Shown here: positions 28,412-39,362 of the stretch, piece by piece
Numbering within the stretch: position 1 is the first letter of the stretch
Layout: each line of letters begins with the position of its first letter
Position numbers and translations under genes: made by a program
Origin: a virus
Taxonomy: Duplodnaviria; Caudoviricetes
IMG/VR virus record: IMGVR_UViG_2671180089_000001
Coordinates: 32,001 to 96,000 of that record
Length of the DNA stretch: 64,000 nucleotides
Reading direction: 5' to 3' (one strand)
Notes under the pieces: model-generated
The model's database searches: none
The model's input: only the letters and a program-made list of their open reading frames with translations
Told to the model about the DNA's origin: nothing

Positions 28412-31400
28412 TCACTTGGTGTAGGTGACGCGGAGCTTGGGGGGGTTGGTCTGGCCGTAGCCGCGGGCGCGGCCGTAGTACGTCGACGACGTGGAATTCG
28501 GGTCCAGCGCGATACCGCGCCACTTCGTACTGTCGAAAACGCTGGTGATATCGACCCACTTGCCTTCATTGCGGGCCCACGAGATCGTCTTGCCTTCACT
28601 GTCGGAGGAGAACGTTGCCGGCCGCGAGGCGTGGCTGTGGGCCTTGATCACGGCCTTGCCGCCCGCGTTCGCGTACCAGTGATCGAAGTAGAGGTAGACC
28701 TCGGCCTTGTTGATCGTCGCGCCCGACAGGTCGGAGGACAGGCTCGACGGGAAGCCGATCAGTGAGGCTTGCGTGCCGTTCGTCGACGAGTAGTAGCCCT
28801 GGTAGCAGGAGTTCTTGTAGTACGAGTTGTAGGAGCCGCGGCCCGCGTATGAGCCGGACCAGGAACACGCATACGTCTTGGTGACCTTCTTCGGGGTCGG
28901 CGCGGTGGTGCCGCCGCCGTCGTTGTAGCCACCGGTCTCGGGGATGTACGGGCCGATGTCCTCGATGTAGAAGTAGCCGCGCGAGTTCACAGCGCCATAC
29001 ATCTCGCATGTCTGCCCCGACGGACCGAGCGAGTTCATGAACGTGATCAGGAACCGGTGCGTACCGGCGCCGAGACTGGGGCCGGATTCGATGTGCTCCA
29101 GCCAGCTCGTGAAGCTGTTGCCGACAGGCATGGGTGCGACGGAGATGTATTTCTGCGTCGAATTGATCGTAGGCGTACCGGTTCCGCCGTCACGAAGGCG
29201 CAGTTGCAGCTCTCCACCGCCCGCGGACGGGTTCGCGCGGGCGGAGAACACGAACCGGTACATACGCGTTTCGTCGATGTCGGCGGCCAGCTCCACGAAA
29301 CCCATCTCGGTGCCGGATGCTGTGCGGGTGGTGATCTGGTAATCGATGGCCTGGATGCCGCGCGGAACGAGGTTCAGGTATTCCGAGAGGTCCGCTCCGC
29401 CGATGGTGAGGGTGTCGGCGACGGCCAGGCGCTGGAAGCCGGCGGCGCCGTCCTGGTCGATGGTGGCCACGGGCACGCCGTCGGTGCTGAGCGTCAGGTA
29501 GTTCGGGCGGCCGGTGACGAGCGCGACCGCTTCCTCTCCTGCGTCGTCGTAGAGCTGCAGACCCATCGGGGAGATCTCGGCGCGCTGCCCGGCGAAGCCG
29601 GAGGCGGTCACGTACCGGGCCTCGGCGTTGTCCCATGTCACCGTGCCCGCAGTGGAAGAGACCGACTTGAGGCGCACAACCACCTGCGTGGTGTTCGCCG
29701 GGGCCGCGACGCTGGCGACTCCGGCAATCCGCGTCCATGCCTCCTTCACAGTGGCGCCCGAGCCGGAGGTGATGACGGCGACGCCGAGCGAGGTACCGGC
29801 GGCGTTGCGCCACTCGGCGTAGATGCTGACCCGGTCGCCGGCCCAGTCCGCGGAGGCGAGGTAGTCGACGGCGAGGTACATCTTCTGGCCGGGGACCGCG
29901 GGAATGGGCCCGACCAGGTACATCTCTAGGGACGACGCCGCGTTGTTGCGCAGGGCCTGAGCGGTGCCGTTGCCGCCTGCGACGACGGACCAGGCGGTGT
30001 TGCCCGCGACCCGCTGCGCGGTCACGGCCCCCTCGAAGGAGGGGTCGGCAATGAGGTTGCCGTCGGTGCCGAGCGACAGCCGGTCCGCGGTCAGGGAGCC
30101 CGCCTTGATGTGCGTGGCGTCGATGACCCCGGCCGCGATCTTCGTGGCGGTCACCGAGTTCACGGCCAGCTTGTCCGCGGTCACGGACAGAGCGGCGATC
30201 TTGTCCGCGGTGATCGCCAACGCCGCGATCTTTTCGGCGGTCACGCCCAGGGCCATGAGCTTGTCCGTGGTGATCGCCCCGGCGAGAATCTTCGGCGCGG
30301 TGACCGAACCGTCGGCGATCTGCACCCCTGCCACCACCGGGCGCACGGCCGCATTGTCGAAGCGGACCGCGCCGAGCGTTGTCCCCGCCGACTCAAGGCG
30401 GATCCTCGCGTTCGCGGCCAGCGCGGGCGCCGTCACCGTCGCGGTCATCCGCGTCCACGTCTCCCGCGCCGGCGTACTCGTCAGCGCCTTCCCGAAGGTG
30501 AGGCGAGTCCCGGCCGCGTCATCCCACCGCGCCTGCAAGTTGATCTCGGTGCCGTTCCAGTCGCTGGACACCCAGTAGTCGACAGCCAGGTACAGCTGGT
30601 CGCCCGGCAGCACGGGCACGTTGGTGACAGGCACCTGGAAGGTGGAGGGGGCGGCGGCAACGCAGTCGATTTTGATGCTGGCCGGCGACCCGTTGCCCAT
30701 CGTCTTGTCCTGCGACGCGTAGGCGATCCCGGCGACCTGCGCGGCTGTGTAGGCGCCCTCGAACGACGGGTCGGACAGCAGGTTGGAGCCGCCGATTATC
30801 GTCAGCTTCTCTGCCGTCACGGACCCTGCTGCGATCTCGCGGGCCGTGACGGCGTCTGTCGCGATCTTTCCTGCGACGACCGCGTTCGCGGCGATCGCTG
30901 GTCCTGTCACCGCGTTCTCGGCGAGCTTCCCGACCTTGACGGCGTTGTCGGCGAGTTTCTCGGTGAGGATTGCGCCATCGGCAAGTGCAGTCGTCCCGAC
31001 CGCGCCGAGTGCGATCTTCGCCTCCGTGACAGCGTTCTCGGCGAGCTTGACCTCGGTGACGATCCCGTCGATGAGGTCCTGCTCCACGGCCTGGCGCGGC
31101 TTGCCCGCCACAGCCACTGAGGGAGCGCCGGTCAGGCCCGCGGTGCTGAGGGCGATCAGGCGCACCCAGCGCTCCTCGTAGCCCTCTACCGCGACGGTGA
31201 CGCTTCCGCCGGTGACGTCGGTGATGGCCGCGGCCAGGGTGACGGGCTCGGGGGTGAAGTCGGCGGCCGGGCCCAGGTGGACCTGCAGCGCGGCGAAGTC
31301 GGTGGGCGGCGCGTTGGAGTCGTCCCACCAGCCGTCCCAGGTGACGACCAGGCCGGCCAGTGCGGGGGCCACAAGGGGGGCGCCGGGCGTGGGCGGCGGG

Positions 31401-31624
31401 ACGGCGGCCGCGGGCTCCGGCACCAGCGCGATACCGCCGTCCGGCTGCACGCCCACCGACCCGGCGAGCGTGCCGTCCTCGGTGTAGATGTCGAGGGTGC
31501 CGCCCTCGATGCTGGTGTACGCGGCCTTGGACGTGCGCTCGAGGTCCCGGAGGCGCCGGTCATAGTCCGCCAGGAGCGCGGCGAAGCGCTTGGCGTCTGA
31601 CTGATCGTCCAGGAAGTTGACCAT
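28412..31624 (-). CDS. tail fibre / receptor-binding protein
   Basis: 10-aa (A/G)xVTAxKI repeats; two NL(L/I)xDPSFEG carbohydrate-binding-like modules; located after the tail tip genes. Confidence 0.85.
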   Translation of the reverse strand: MVNFLDDQSDAKRFAALLADYDRRLRDLERTSKAAYTSIEGGTLDIYTEDGTLAGSVGVQPDGGIALVPEPAAAVPPPTPGAPLVAPALAGLVVTWDGWWDDSNAPPTDFAALQVHLGPAADFTPEPVTLAAAITDVTGGSVTVAVEGYEERWVRLIALSTAGLTGAPSVAVAGKPRQAVEQDLIDGIVTEVKLAENAVTEAKIALGAVGTTALADGAILTEKLADNAVKVGKLAENAVTGPAIAANAVVAGKIATDAVTAREIAAGSVTAEKLTIIGGSNLLSDPSFEGAYTAAQVAGIAYASQDKTMGNGSPASIKIDCVAAAPSTFQVPVTNVPVLPGDQLYLAVDYWVSSDWNGTEINLQARWDDAAGTRLTFGKALTSTPARETWTRMTATVTAPALAANARIRLESAGTTLGAVRFDNAAVRPVVAGVQIADGSVTAPKILAGAITTDKLMALGVTAEKIAALAITADKIAALSVTADKLAVNSVTATKIAAGVIDATHIKAGSLTADRLSLGTDGNLIADPSFEGAVTAQRVAGNTAWSVVAGGNGTAQALRNNAASSLEMYLVGPIPAVPGQKMYLAVDYLASADWAGDRVSIYAEWRNAAGTSLGVAVITSGSGATVKEAWTRIAGVASVAAPANTTQVVVRLKSVSSTAGTVTWDNAEARYVTASGFAGQRAEISPMGLQLYDDAGEEAVALVTGRPNYLTLSTDGVPVATIDQDGAAGFQRLAVADTLTIGGADLSEYLNLVPRGIQAIDYQITTRTASGTEMGFVELAADIDETRMYRFVFSARANPSAGGGELQLRLRDGGTGTPTINSTQKYISVAPMPVGNSFTSWLEHIESGPSLGAGTHRFLITFMNSLGPSGQTCEMYGAVNSRGYFYIEDIGPYIPETGGYNDGGGTTAPTPKKVTKTYACSWSGSYAGRGSYNSYYKNSCYQGYYSSTNGTQASLIGFPSSLSSDLSGATINKAEVYLYFDHWYANAGGKAVIKAHSHASRPATFSSDSEGKTISWARNEGKWVDITSVFDSTKWRGIALDPNSTSSTYYGRARGYGQTNPPKLRVTYTK

Positions 31625-31632
31625 GGCGCGGG

Positions 31633-31661
31633 ATGGTCAACGGCCCGGGTGGTTAGTGTCG
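31633..31661 (-). promoter_or_regulatory. late promoter motif (near-leaderless)
   Basis: CGACACTA-N15-GACCAT, 8 nt before the ATG. Confidence 0.7.
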
Positions 31662-31669
31662 CGTCCTGG

Positions 31670-32884
31670 TTAGTAGTGGAAGCTGTCGGACCGTTTTAGG
31701 GCCAGGGTGATGAAGCCGTCGGCGCTGATCTCGTCACTGATGATGCGGTGCCACACATCGACGTCGCCGACCCACGGCACGTGCACCTGGACGCGGATGT
31801 CGTCGCCGAGGGCCCAGGAACCGAACTTGGCGTTGGGGTGGTCGACGATCTGTATGGCGGGGATCTGCAGGGCGGCGGTGCGGCCGGCGAGTTCCTGCTG
31901 ACCGCGCTTGCGCAGCGCCGTGGCGGAGGACAGCTTTTTGTCCGTCACCGTTGCCACCCGGCGCATGCGCCGGTTCGCCCAGGTTGCAATGTCGCTGACC
32001 TGGGCGCGCTTCATCTTGTGGCCCTCGCCCTTGCCCAAGACCATGACCTCGTTGGCGTAGTCGCCGCCCATCCCTTCCGGCTTGGCGATGGCGACGATGT
32101 TCTCCCCCTGCGCGAACCGGAGATCGGTGCGCTTCCGGCCGAGACGGGGAGTCCCCAGTCTCAGCCGGTGGGTGATGTTGTTGCTCGTCGAGTTCTCCCA
32201 GGCGTGCGTCTCGATCCAGTCGAACATGTACTGATTGACCAGGGTGTCGAGGGTCTGGCCGCAGTCGGGGTTATCCCACCAGGCGAGTTCCCATGGGTCC
32301 TCACCGTCGGCCGTTCCGAGCAGTTCCCCCTTGTTGTGGGTGTCAATGTCCAGGCCGATGTTCCCGAGGGGCTTGCCCTGGACGTGCGCCCAGATTCTGC
32401 GGAAGGCGTCGTAGACGTCGATCCGTGGGCCGGCGTACGGCTTCGGCGGCGCGGGGACCTTCTTCTTCGGTTTCGATCCGTCGATGTACCCGTCATGATT
32501 CTTGTCTTTTCCGGCATACGGATCTTTCGGGGTGATCTTCATACCGGAGATGATGTAGTTCTCAAACGGGATGCCGTGCGCGTACGTCGAGAACCCCTCG
32601 CAGGACACCGTGGCCTGCGCCCCGTCGTACGCGGTCTTGGTGACGATGCCTCCCCACCGGATCGCTCCGTCGATCTCGAGGTACAACTTCGTTCCCCACT
32701 CCTGCAGGATGGGGTCTCCGTCCGCGCCGATCATCCGGGCGTACTCCGGATCGATGGTCCCGACCATGGCGCCTGGACCCGACAGGTCCCGCTTCGGGTT
32801 CGAGGACAGCGTGAACGGCACCTGCCAGTCCAGAACGGTCTCTGTGAGCGCGCTCTGCGCGATGAATCGCCAACCGACCGGCAC
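31670..32884 (-). CDS. minor tail protein (Gp37-like / baseplate hub)
   Basis: LSGPG, IRWGGI, RLGRKRTDLRFAQGENI, ANEV..LGKGEG. Confidence 0.8.
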   Translation of the reverse strand: MPVGWRFIAQSALTETVLDWQVPFTLSSNPKRDLSGPGAMVGTIDPEYARMIGADGDPILQEWGTKLYLEIDGAIRWGGIVTKTAYDGAQATVSCEGFSTYAHGIPFENYIISGMKITPKDPYAGKDKNHDGYIDGSKPKKKVPAPPKPYAGPRIDVYDAFRRIWAHVQGKPLGNIGLDIDTHNKGELLGTADGEDPWELAWWDNPDCGQTLDTLVNQYMFDWIETHAWENSTSNNITHRLRLGTPRLGRKRTDLRFAQGENIVAIAKPEGMGGDYANEVMVLGKGEGHKMKRAQVSDIATWANRRMRRVATVTDKKLSSATALRKRGQQELAGRTAALQIPAIQIVDHPNAKFGSWALGDDIRVQVHVPWVGDVDVWHRIISDEISADGFITLALKRSDSFHY

Positions 32885-32887
32885 GGC

Positions 32888-33865
32888 TTACACCTCCTCC
32901 TCGTCCGGGCTCTCGACGAACTCGACGTCCGCGACGATGGAGGTGCCGACGTCGACGGAGACGTCGCCGGTCTCGGTCTTGTACATGTACGTCTGCACGG
33001 ACAGGGTCTGCGTCGTTCCGCGCAGCGCGCTGGACATGGCGAAGTTGTCGGCGAGGACGATCGTGGAGCGGCGGGTGTTGTTGCCGGAGTCGTCGTCGAT
33101 GTACGTGTCCTGACCCAGGAGGGTGCTGCCCCACTTAGTTTGCATCCGGGCGTAGACGTCGGACTTCGTCATGCGGAAGCCGGCGAAGGTCACCACGAGC
33201 TTGGCCCGGGTCGCCCAGGACGGCACGTCAATGTCCCAGGACGCGGCCGACGGCCAGTTGTGCCACTTATTGTCGCTGTAGGACAGCGTCGACAAGGCGC
33301 CAGGGAACGCGGTGTAGAGGCGCCGGTCGCGGCGGGGGCTCACCATGTCCCGCAGGTCCTTGATCATGCTCTGGGTGATCGACGAGGTGTTCGCGGGGAT
33401 GTCGATGCGGCCCAGCGTGATCGCCGAGTCGTTCGGGCGGACCTGCCTGACGTCGGTGACCGTCTTCGCGACTCCGGAGATGATCCGCGTAAAGATGTAC
33501 GGCCCGACCACGGGGTCAGACGGGTTCGGCCACGTCTCCCCGTACGAGTACGGGTTCTCGATCCGGGCCACGACCAGGTCGGAGCGCGCGGACGTCCCGG
33601 TCGCAGCGACGTTGACCGTGTCCGTCGCGGGCAGTCGTCCCGCGTACGCCTGGTACGTCGACCCGGTGGCCCGGTTGATGATCGCGCAGGCCCCGGGGCG
33701 TACCTGGATCTTGGCGGCCGGCGACGACAACGCCTTCACCGCCAGGTCCCCGGAGCCGACCACACCCTGCGCGCCGCCGAACGCCGCGTACGCCAGAAGG
33801 CGCGCCACCTCGGAGCTGTGCTCGGCGCTGCCCTCGGTGAACCACGGCACGCTGTCCCACGCCAT
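32888..33865 (-). CDS. minor tail protein
   Basis: GDLAVKA...V.PG, RSDLVVARIENP, ITQSMIKDLR; actinophage minor tail pattern. Confidence 0.8.
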   Translation of the reverse strand: MAWDSVPWFTEGSAEHSSEVARLLAYAAFGGAQGVVGSGDLAVKALSSPAAKIQVRPGACAIINRATGSTYQAYAGRLPATDTVNVAATGTSARSDLVVARIENPYSYGETWPNPSDPVVGPYIFTRIISGVAKTVTDVRQVRPNDSAITLGRIDIPANTSSITQSMIKDLRDMVSPRRDRRLYTAFPGALSTLSYSDNKWHNWPSAASWDIDVPSWATRAKLVVTFAGFRMTKSDVYARMQTKWGSTLLGQDTYIDDDSGNNTRRSTIVLADNFAMSSALRGTTQTLSVQTYMYKTETGDVSVDVGTSIVADVEFVESPDEEEV

Positions 33866-33900
33866 CTCGTATCTCCTCTGCTGGTCCTGGTGGACAGCGG

Positions 33901-33929
33901 AGGATCACGGGCCCGGAGCGCTAACGTCG
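33901..33929 (-). promoter_or_regulatory. late promoter motif
   Basis: CGACGTTA-N15-GATCCT. Confidence 0.7.
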
Positions 33930-33939
33930 CGTCCTGGCC

Positions 33940-34878
33940 TTACAGGTAGGCGTAGGCGTTGCGCCAGGCCACGGTCATGGACGCCGTGGCGGTTGCGTCG
34001 GTACCGCGGAGCACGAAGTCCTGGCGGCCGGGCGGGATGAGGAGGTCCTCGAGCAGCGGCGAGGACCTGGTTATGAGACCGGCCACGCTGCCACTGCCCC
34101 GCAGGACCGTACGGGCCCAGGGCCGCGGGTCGATGGTGACCTTCTCGCCGACGGCAAGCGTCAGGTTCAGGCCGAGTTTCCACTTGCCGACCAGTTCGCA
34201 CACCGGCTGGGAGATCGGGCCCGTGATGGTGATGACCGGCCAGGCCGGGCGGTTGCCGCCCACGGTGATCTCGCCGGGGACGCGGACGGCGCCCTCGCCG
34301 ATCATCGAGATTGGGGCCTTGAGTGGCCCCCTGATGCCGCGGTGCGGGGGTGGGGCCATGTCGACGCGCACGCTCTGTTCGACGTCGTCGAAGCTGCCGG
34401 TGTGCGCTGTGGCGAATGTGGCGACGACGGGCGTGTATCCCAGCCTCGTCAGCTTCGACGCGGCCTTCGCGCACTGCCGGGGCCGCCCGTACCAGCGCCG
34501 CGCCCGTCCGCCCTGTGTCGTCGACAGCACGGCGGGCGTGGCCATGCGGTCGCGGACCGCCCTCGCGTCCCATGCCTGCTTCATGACCGACACCGCGTCC
34601 AGGTTCGCCCCATGCCGCTCGAGCAGTGTGTCGCCGTCATCAACGGTGTCAACTCCAACCTCGAACGTGATGGTGGCGCCCGTGGTGTAGTCCTGGCCGT
34701 GCCGAATGCCGTCCTCCCGCGGGAGCGGGGTGTCGCCGGCCGTGATGTCGGTGTCCTTCACCTCGAAGTCGTCGAGCAGGTAGTAGCCCGTCCGCACGGT
34801 CCCAAAGGTGAAGGCGGCGCCCGGGTGCACCCCGTTTGCGCTGTACGTCAGCTTGAATTCGCCCTCAGCCAGAGGCAT
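33940..34878 (-). CDS. distal tail protein (Dit-like)
   Basis: Directly after the tape measure gene; PVITITGPI..P, IDPRPW, WRNAY. Confidence 0.8.
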   Translation of the reverse strand: MPLAEGEFKLTYSANGVHPGAAFTFGTVRTGYYLLDDFEVKDTDITAGDTPLPREDGIRHGQDYTTGATITFEVGVDTVDDGDTLLERHGANLDAVSVMKQAWDARAVRDRMATPAVLSTTQGGRARRWYGRPRQCAKAASKLTRLGYTPVVATFATAHTGSFDDVEQSVRVDMAPPPHRGIRGPLKAPISMIGEGAVRVPGEITVGGNRPAWPVITITGPISQPVCELVGKWKLGLNLTLAVGEKVTIDPRPWARTVLRGSGSVAGLITRSSPLLEDLLIPPGRQDFVLRGTDATATASMTVAWRNAYAYL

Positions 34879-37800
34879 ACGCACCTCCCAGTTTGATCCG
34901 CCGCAGTTCGAACATTGCGTCGCTCAGGGCCTGGCCCGCGCTGGTGGGAGCGCTGGTCATGTTCAGGTTCAGGTCGCCGCCGACGAGCGGGGTGGACGCC
35001 GGCGCCGTGGTCGCGCGGGGCCTGGTCGTGCTCGCGCTCGAACTGCGCACGCCGCCGGCCGCGTACTGGCGGAGAGCGCCCTGGGCGAAGTACACGACCT
35101 GGCCGCCGAACATCTGCGCCACGCGCTGGAGGATGGCCTCGCTGCGCCTGCGCTTGCCGGGGGCCAGCGGGATATAGGCCTCCCCCTGAGTCTCCGGCTC
35201 ATTCCACACGCGGATCTCGCCCGGCCGCCCAATCTGCGCAATGTGCCGCTCGGCGCCGGCCGCGAACGCCTTGATCCTGTTGGTGGCAGCCCGGATGCCG
35301 CCGTTGGCGTACTGAACGATGCCGCCGTCCGCGTGGGTGCGGACCACGGACGGCTTGCCGGATTCGCTGTACTTGACGGTGACGTGCACGGTCTTACCGG
35401 TGAGCCCGTTGATGGCGCCCTGGATGCGCTTCACGTTGGCCAGCGGCGTCCCCGTGGGAGCCGTGATTCGGACCGTCTTGCCGTTCGAGCCGTCAACGGT
35501 CTTGATCTTGTATCCGAGGTCTTTCAACGCCTGCTGGGCGACCTTCGTCGGCGCCTTGACGTCGATGGACTTGCCCTTGGGCAGGCCCGCCACCTTCTCC
35601 TGGACGTTCTTCAGGTCGCCCGCGGCCTGCTTGATGATGGCCTGGACGGTGACCTTCTTCTTGTCCGGGGCTCTGGCGATGTCCTCGGCCAGAGCGGAGA
35701 TGTTGACGCGTGCGCTGCCGGTCGGAGCGGTGACCGACACCTTCTTGCTGCCGGGAATCCGCCGCACGGTGAAGCCCAGCGCCTCGATTTGCTCGCGCGC
35801 ACCGATGGTGGGGGCGGTGATTTGGATGGACTTCCCCGGCTTGATGCTTTCGAGATCGCCGCGCAGACTGAGGAGCTCTGCCGTCGCCTTCGGGATGCCA
35901 ACGGCGGTGATGAGCGTGGTGACGGTGTCCGGGACGAACCCCATCTGATCGGCGAGCGCCTTGGCCTGCGTCGTCGGGATTCCCATGTCGGTGGCAAGCT
36001 GGATGGCCTTGGCGCGGGCCCGCTCCATTGCCTCCTGGCCCTTGTCCATGGCGTCGGACATGGGCATCAGGCCCTGTTCCCCGGCCTCCCTTGCCCGGGT
36101 GGCGACGGCGAGCATGCCGTCGCGGAGCTGGGTGAGCTGGGTGTTGAGGGACTGGCCGTTCTTCGTCGCGGTGTTGACCAGGTGGTCGCTGCCGACGAGC
36201 GCCTTGCCCCAGCCGTCTGCCTTCGCGATGTTCGACTTCATCGTGTCGTCGATCTGAAGCATCACGGCGTTGAGCTGGGCTTCGGCGTCGTGGAAGGACT
36301 CGGTGTTCCCGTTGAGGGCCTCCAGCGCGCGCTTGAGGGCATTGACCCGCTCGTCTGCGGACTTCGTCTTGTCGCCGAAGGTCTGGACGGCGGCGCCGAG
36401 GCGGTCGTACGCGGTGTTACCCGTGGTGCCGGAGTTGTTGATGGCGTCGGCGAGTGCTTTGTGTTTCTTCGCCGCGTCCTGGAGCTCGCCCTTTACGGCG
36501 CCGAGGGCGTCCTTCGCGCGGATGGCAGCGAGGCCCTCGTCGTCCCATCCTTGTGAGACGCCCGCACTCGTCGTAATCCATTCCTCGTGGCCGTCGGCCG
36601 TCGCCTGGAGCTCTTTCTGCAGCGCCCCGAGGCTTTTCCCTTGACCGAGGTAGGCGTTCGTCAGCTCCCCAAGGCTGACGCCCGCCTCAGACATCACGTC
36701 GACGAGCTTGCCCTTGCCGTCGGCGAGCTCCGTGTCCTGGAGGAGCTGCGCGGCCTGGGCGCGCACGTTCGCGTCGATCGCGCCGCCGGAGGCGACCAGG
36801 GCGTCCGTCAGTGACTTGACGCGCTCCTGGTGGGCCTGGGTGGCGCGGGCCGCGTCTTCCTGCCGGGAGGCGAGGAGACCGAGTCCGATGGTGACGCCGG
36901 CGAGCGCGATACCGAGGGGGCCGCCGAGTGCCGAGGTGATGCCTCCGATGGCTCGTGAAGCGACGCGGTTGGCCGCGCCGATCCCGCGCATAGCGCCGGT
37001 GAACCGGTTCCCGGATGCTGCGGCACCGGAGTAGGCGAGGCTCATCCGCTGCCACATGGTGACCTGCGGGCCGAGGACGCCGGGGCCCAGCGTGCCGCGC
37101 ATCGTGTTTCCGAGGCCGCGTACGGATGTGCCCGCGGCCGTGACGGACGTGCCGAAGGAGCGCAGCATGGTTCCGACGGCCGTAACGACCTTGAGGGCGA
37201 GCATCGTGCCCAAGAAGGTCGCCAGGACGGTGTTCGCCCCCGGGATGATGCCCATCAACGTGTTGAAGACGTTCAGCAGACCGTTGAAGGCCATGAGCAG
37301 GACGCCGAGCCCGGACCCGGCCGACGACAGGTTGCCGATCGCGGTGGCGATGTTCGAGATCACCGAGATGACTGCCGGGCCGACGGTCTGGCCGAGGGCC
37401 TCGAAGAAGGTGCCCAGCGCGGGCATCAGTTCGGTGCGGATCTGCCGTACGAGGTCGGTGATCCCGCCGTCCTTCATGGTCCTGCCGAGACCACGCATCA
37501 TGTCGCCGAACAACATGTTGACTTCGTGGAAGGCGGGAGCAGCGTCGGAGAAGAACTGCTTCATTGACTTCTGGCCGGCGCCGGAGTTCGCCCAGCGCTG
37601 GAATCGGAGCATGCTGCCCTCGAGGCCGTCGAGCAGGGCGTTACCGGTGTCCATCGCGGCCTTGCCGACACCGCCGAGGCCCTTGATCAGGCCGACGCTG
37701 GTCCGGCCGAGCTGCGCGGCCTTGTCCCCTGCGTGGTCGAGGAATTGGGCGAGGCTTCCGGTCTCCCGGCCCGCCTTCACGGAGGCGCGCCACCACTGGG

Positions 37801-38923
37801 TCATCCGCTCGCCGCCCTGGGCGACGCGCTCGGCGAACGGCCCGCTCGCCACCAGGAAGTCCTTCGTGACGGACCCCATGTTCGCCAGGCTGTCCGTCAG
37901 GTGCCCGACGACCCGCGAGTTCGTCGACGCGATGGTCTTGAAGTCCTTGCGGAACGGACCCGTCTGCATGGCCTTGGCGCCACGTTCTGCCAGGGTGCCC
38001 ATCTGCTTGGCGGAGTCGCCGAGGGCGTCCTTGAGGAGCGGGAAAACGGACTTCGCCAGGGGCTTGATGTCGTCGGCGACCTTGGAGAAGAACCGCTCGC
38101 TGACCGACATGCGGACCTTGCTCCAGGCCCCTTGCAGCGACGAGACGGCCTTGACCGCCTTACGGGCCGACGGGGAAAGCTTGTCGAGCGCCTCCTTGAG
38201 CTTTTCCTGCTGCGCCTTGGTGACCTTGCCGTCCGCGGCGAGCATCTGTGCTGCGGCGTTCGTCTGCTTGAGCGCCTCGCCGAATCCGGAGAACGCGATC
38301 TTCGTGCCGATCGCTGCGGTGCCCGCCGCGGCGATCAGGCCGGGTATGGCGCCGAGGACACCGACTGCGGGTGCAGCAGAAGAGACGAGCGCGGTCAGGC
38401 CGGCGCCGTACTGGCCGATGAGTGCGACTGCGGGCTGGAGCAGAGAGACGATGGCGCCGATGCCGAGCATCCGCAGACTGCGGCCGCGGCCGCGGCCGCG
38501 GCCCGGCATCCGCATGTTGACGGGGACGTTGACCGGATTGCGGTCGGCCTCGCCCTGAGCGTTGGTGATGAGTCCGCGGAGGCGGGTGAGGAGGCCTCCG
38601 CCGCCGTTGGCGTCGCTGTCCCCGTCTGGGCGGATGGGGATGTTCAGGTCGGTGTCGTCGATGCGGCGCCGGATGCCGGCGAGGGTGGTGCGGAACCTGT
38701 CCTCGTCGATCTCGACGCGGATTTTCGCGGTGACGCCCTTGGACGCCTCCTTGACCGCTTCCTTGAGCCGTCGTTTCAGGCCCTTGGAGTTGACCTCGAC
38801 CTTGATCTTGGCGGCCAGGCCCTCGGCGGCCGTCTCGACGGCCGTACGCAGCCGTTCAGCGAACCCCGAAAGGTCGGCGACGACCGGCACGTCGAGGCGG
38901 CCGGCCTGCAGGCCCTCAGCCAC
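34865..38923 (-). CDS. tail tape measure protein
   Basis: 1352 aa Ala/Gly-rich helical protein after the tail chaperones; C-terminal HADGG...EPETQGEAYIPL. Confidence 0.92.
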   Translation of the reverse strand: MAEGLQAGRLDVPVVADLSGFAERLRTAVETAAEGLAAKIKVEVNSKGLKRRLKEAVKEASKGVTAKIRVEIDEDRFRTTLAGIRRRIDDTDLNIPIRPDGDSDANGGGGLLTRLRGLITNAQGEADRNPVNVPVNMRMPGRGRGRGRSLRMLGIGAIVSLLQPAVALIGQYGAGLTALVSSAAPAVGVLGAIPGLIAAAGTAAIGTKIAFSGFGEALKQTNAAAQMLAADGKVTKAQQEKLKEALDKLSPSARKAVKAVSSLQGAWSKVRMSVSERFFSKVADDIKPLAKSVFPLLKDALGDSAKQMGTLAERGAKAMQTGPFRKDFKTIASTNSRVVGHLTDSLANMGSVTKDFLVASGPFAERVAQGGERMTQWWRASVKAGRETGSLAQFLDHAGDKAAQLGRTSVGLIKGLGGVGKAAMDTGNALLDGLEGSMLRFQRWANSGAGQKSMKQFFSDAAPAFHEVNMLFGDMMRGLGRTMKDGGITDLVRQIRTELMPALGTFFEALGQTVGPAVISVISNIATAIGNLSSAGSGLGVLLMAFNGLLNVFNTLMGIIPGANTVLATFLGTMLALKVVTAVGTMLRSFGTSVTAAGTSVRGLGNTMRGTLGPGVLGPQVTMWQRMSLAYSGAAASGNRFTGAMRGIGAANRVASRAIGGITSALGGPLGIALAGVTIGLGLLASRQEDAARATQAHQERVKSLTDALVASGGAIDANVRAQAAQLLQDTELADGKGKLVDVMSEAGVSLGELTNAYLGQGKSLGALQKELQATADGHEEWITTSAGVSQGWDDEGLAAIRAKDALGAVKGELQDAAKKHKALADAINNSGTTGNTAYDRLGAAVQTFGDKTKSADERVNALKRALEALNGNTESFHDAEAQLNAVMLQIDDTMKSNIAKADGWGKALVGSDHLVNTATKNGQSLNTQLTQLRDGMLAVATRAREAGEQGLMPMSDAMDKGQEAMERARAKAIQLATDMGIPTTQAKALADQMGFVPDTVTTLITAVGIPKATAELLSLRGDLESIKPGKSIQITAPTIGAREQIEALGFTVRRIPGSKKVSVTAPTGSARVNISALAEDIARAPDKKKVTVQAIIKQAAGDLKNVQEKVAGLPKGKSIDVKAPTKVAQQALKDLGYKIKTVDGSNGKTVRITAPTGTPLANVKRIQGAINGLTGKTVHVTVKYSESGKPSVVRTHADGGIVQYANGGIRAATNRIKAFAAGAERHIAQIGRPGEIRVWNEPETQGEAYIPLAPGKRRRSEAILQRVAQMFGGQVVYFAQGALRQYAAGGVRSSSASTTRPRATTAPASTPLVGGDLNLNMTSAPTSAGQALSDAMFELRRIKLGGAYASG

Positions 38924-39362
38924 TTCGGACCATTCCTCTCTGCATGGCGGCGGCGAGCATCTGGCGGTGGCCGCTCATGCGGGGTGCCTGCGGTTCCGGG
39001 GCGGACTGCGACGGCCGGGGCGGTGTGCCGGGGCCGCTGCGCGTCGTGGCGTCGGAGCGCGGCGGGCGAACGATGGTTGTCGGCTCCTCGCGCCGCTTGT
39101 CGGCGGCCAGGAGCCCGATCTCCTCGACGGCGAGAGCCAGGAGCTCGAGGACCTTGGTCCAGCCACCGAGAGGGGCTGAACGGACCCGGGAGTCGTCTGG
39201 CAGGCCATCGACGAGGGAGATCAGTCGCCGGAGTCCAAGGAATCCGGGTTGTCCGGGACGAAGCCAGATACGTCGGGCGTCGACTCGGTGGAAGCGGGAG
39301 AGGTCGGACTCGACGTCTGCGAATCGTTCGCGGACGAGTCGGCCGACCGAAAGAGCTTTCCC
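38916..39362 (-). CDS. tail assembly chaperone gpT-like extension (made by -1 frameshift)
   Basis: The -1 frame GKALSVGRLVRERFADVESDL... is entered at GGGAAAG and runs to the tape measure start. Confidence 0.85.
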   Translation of the reverse strand, partial: GKALSVGRLVRERFADVESDLSRFHRVDARRIWLRPGQPGFLGLRRLISLVDGLPDDSRVRSAPLGGWTKVLELLALAVEEIGLLAADKRREEPTTIVRPPRSDATTRSGPGTPPRPSQSAPEPQAPRMSGHRQMLAAAMQRGMVRSG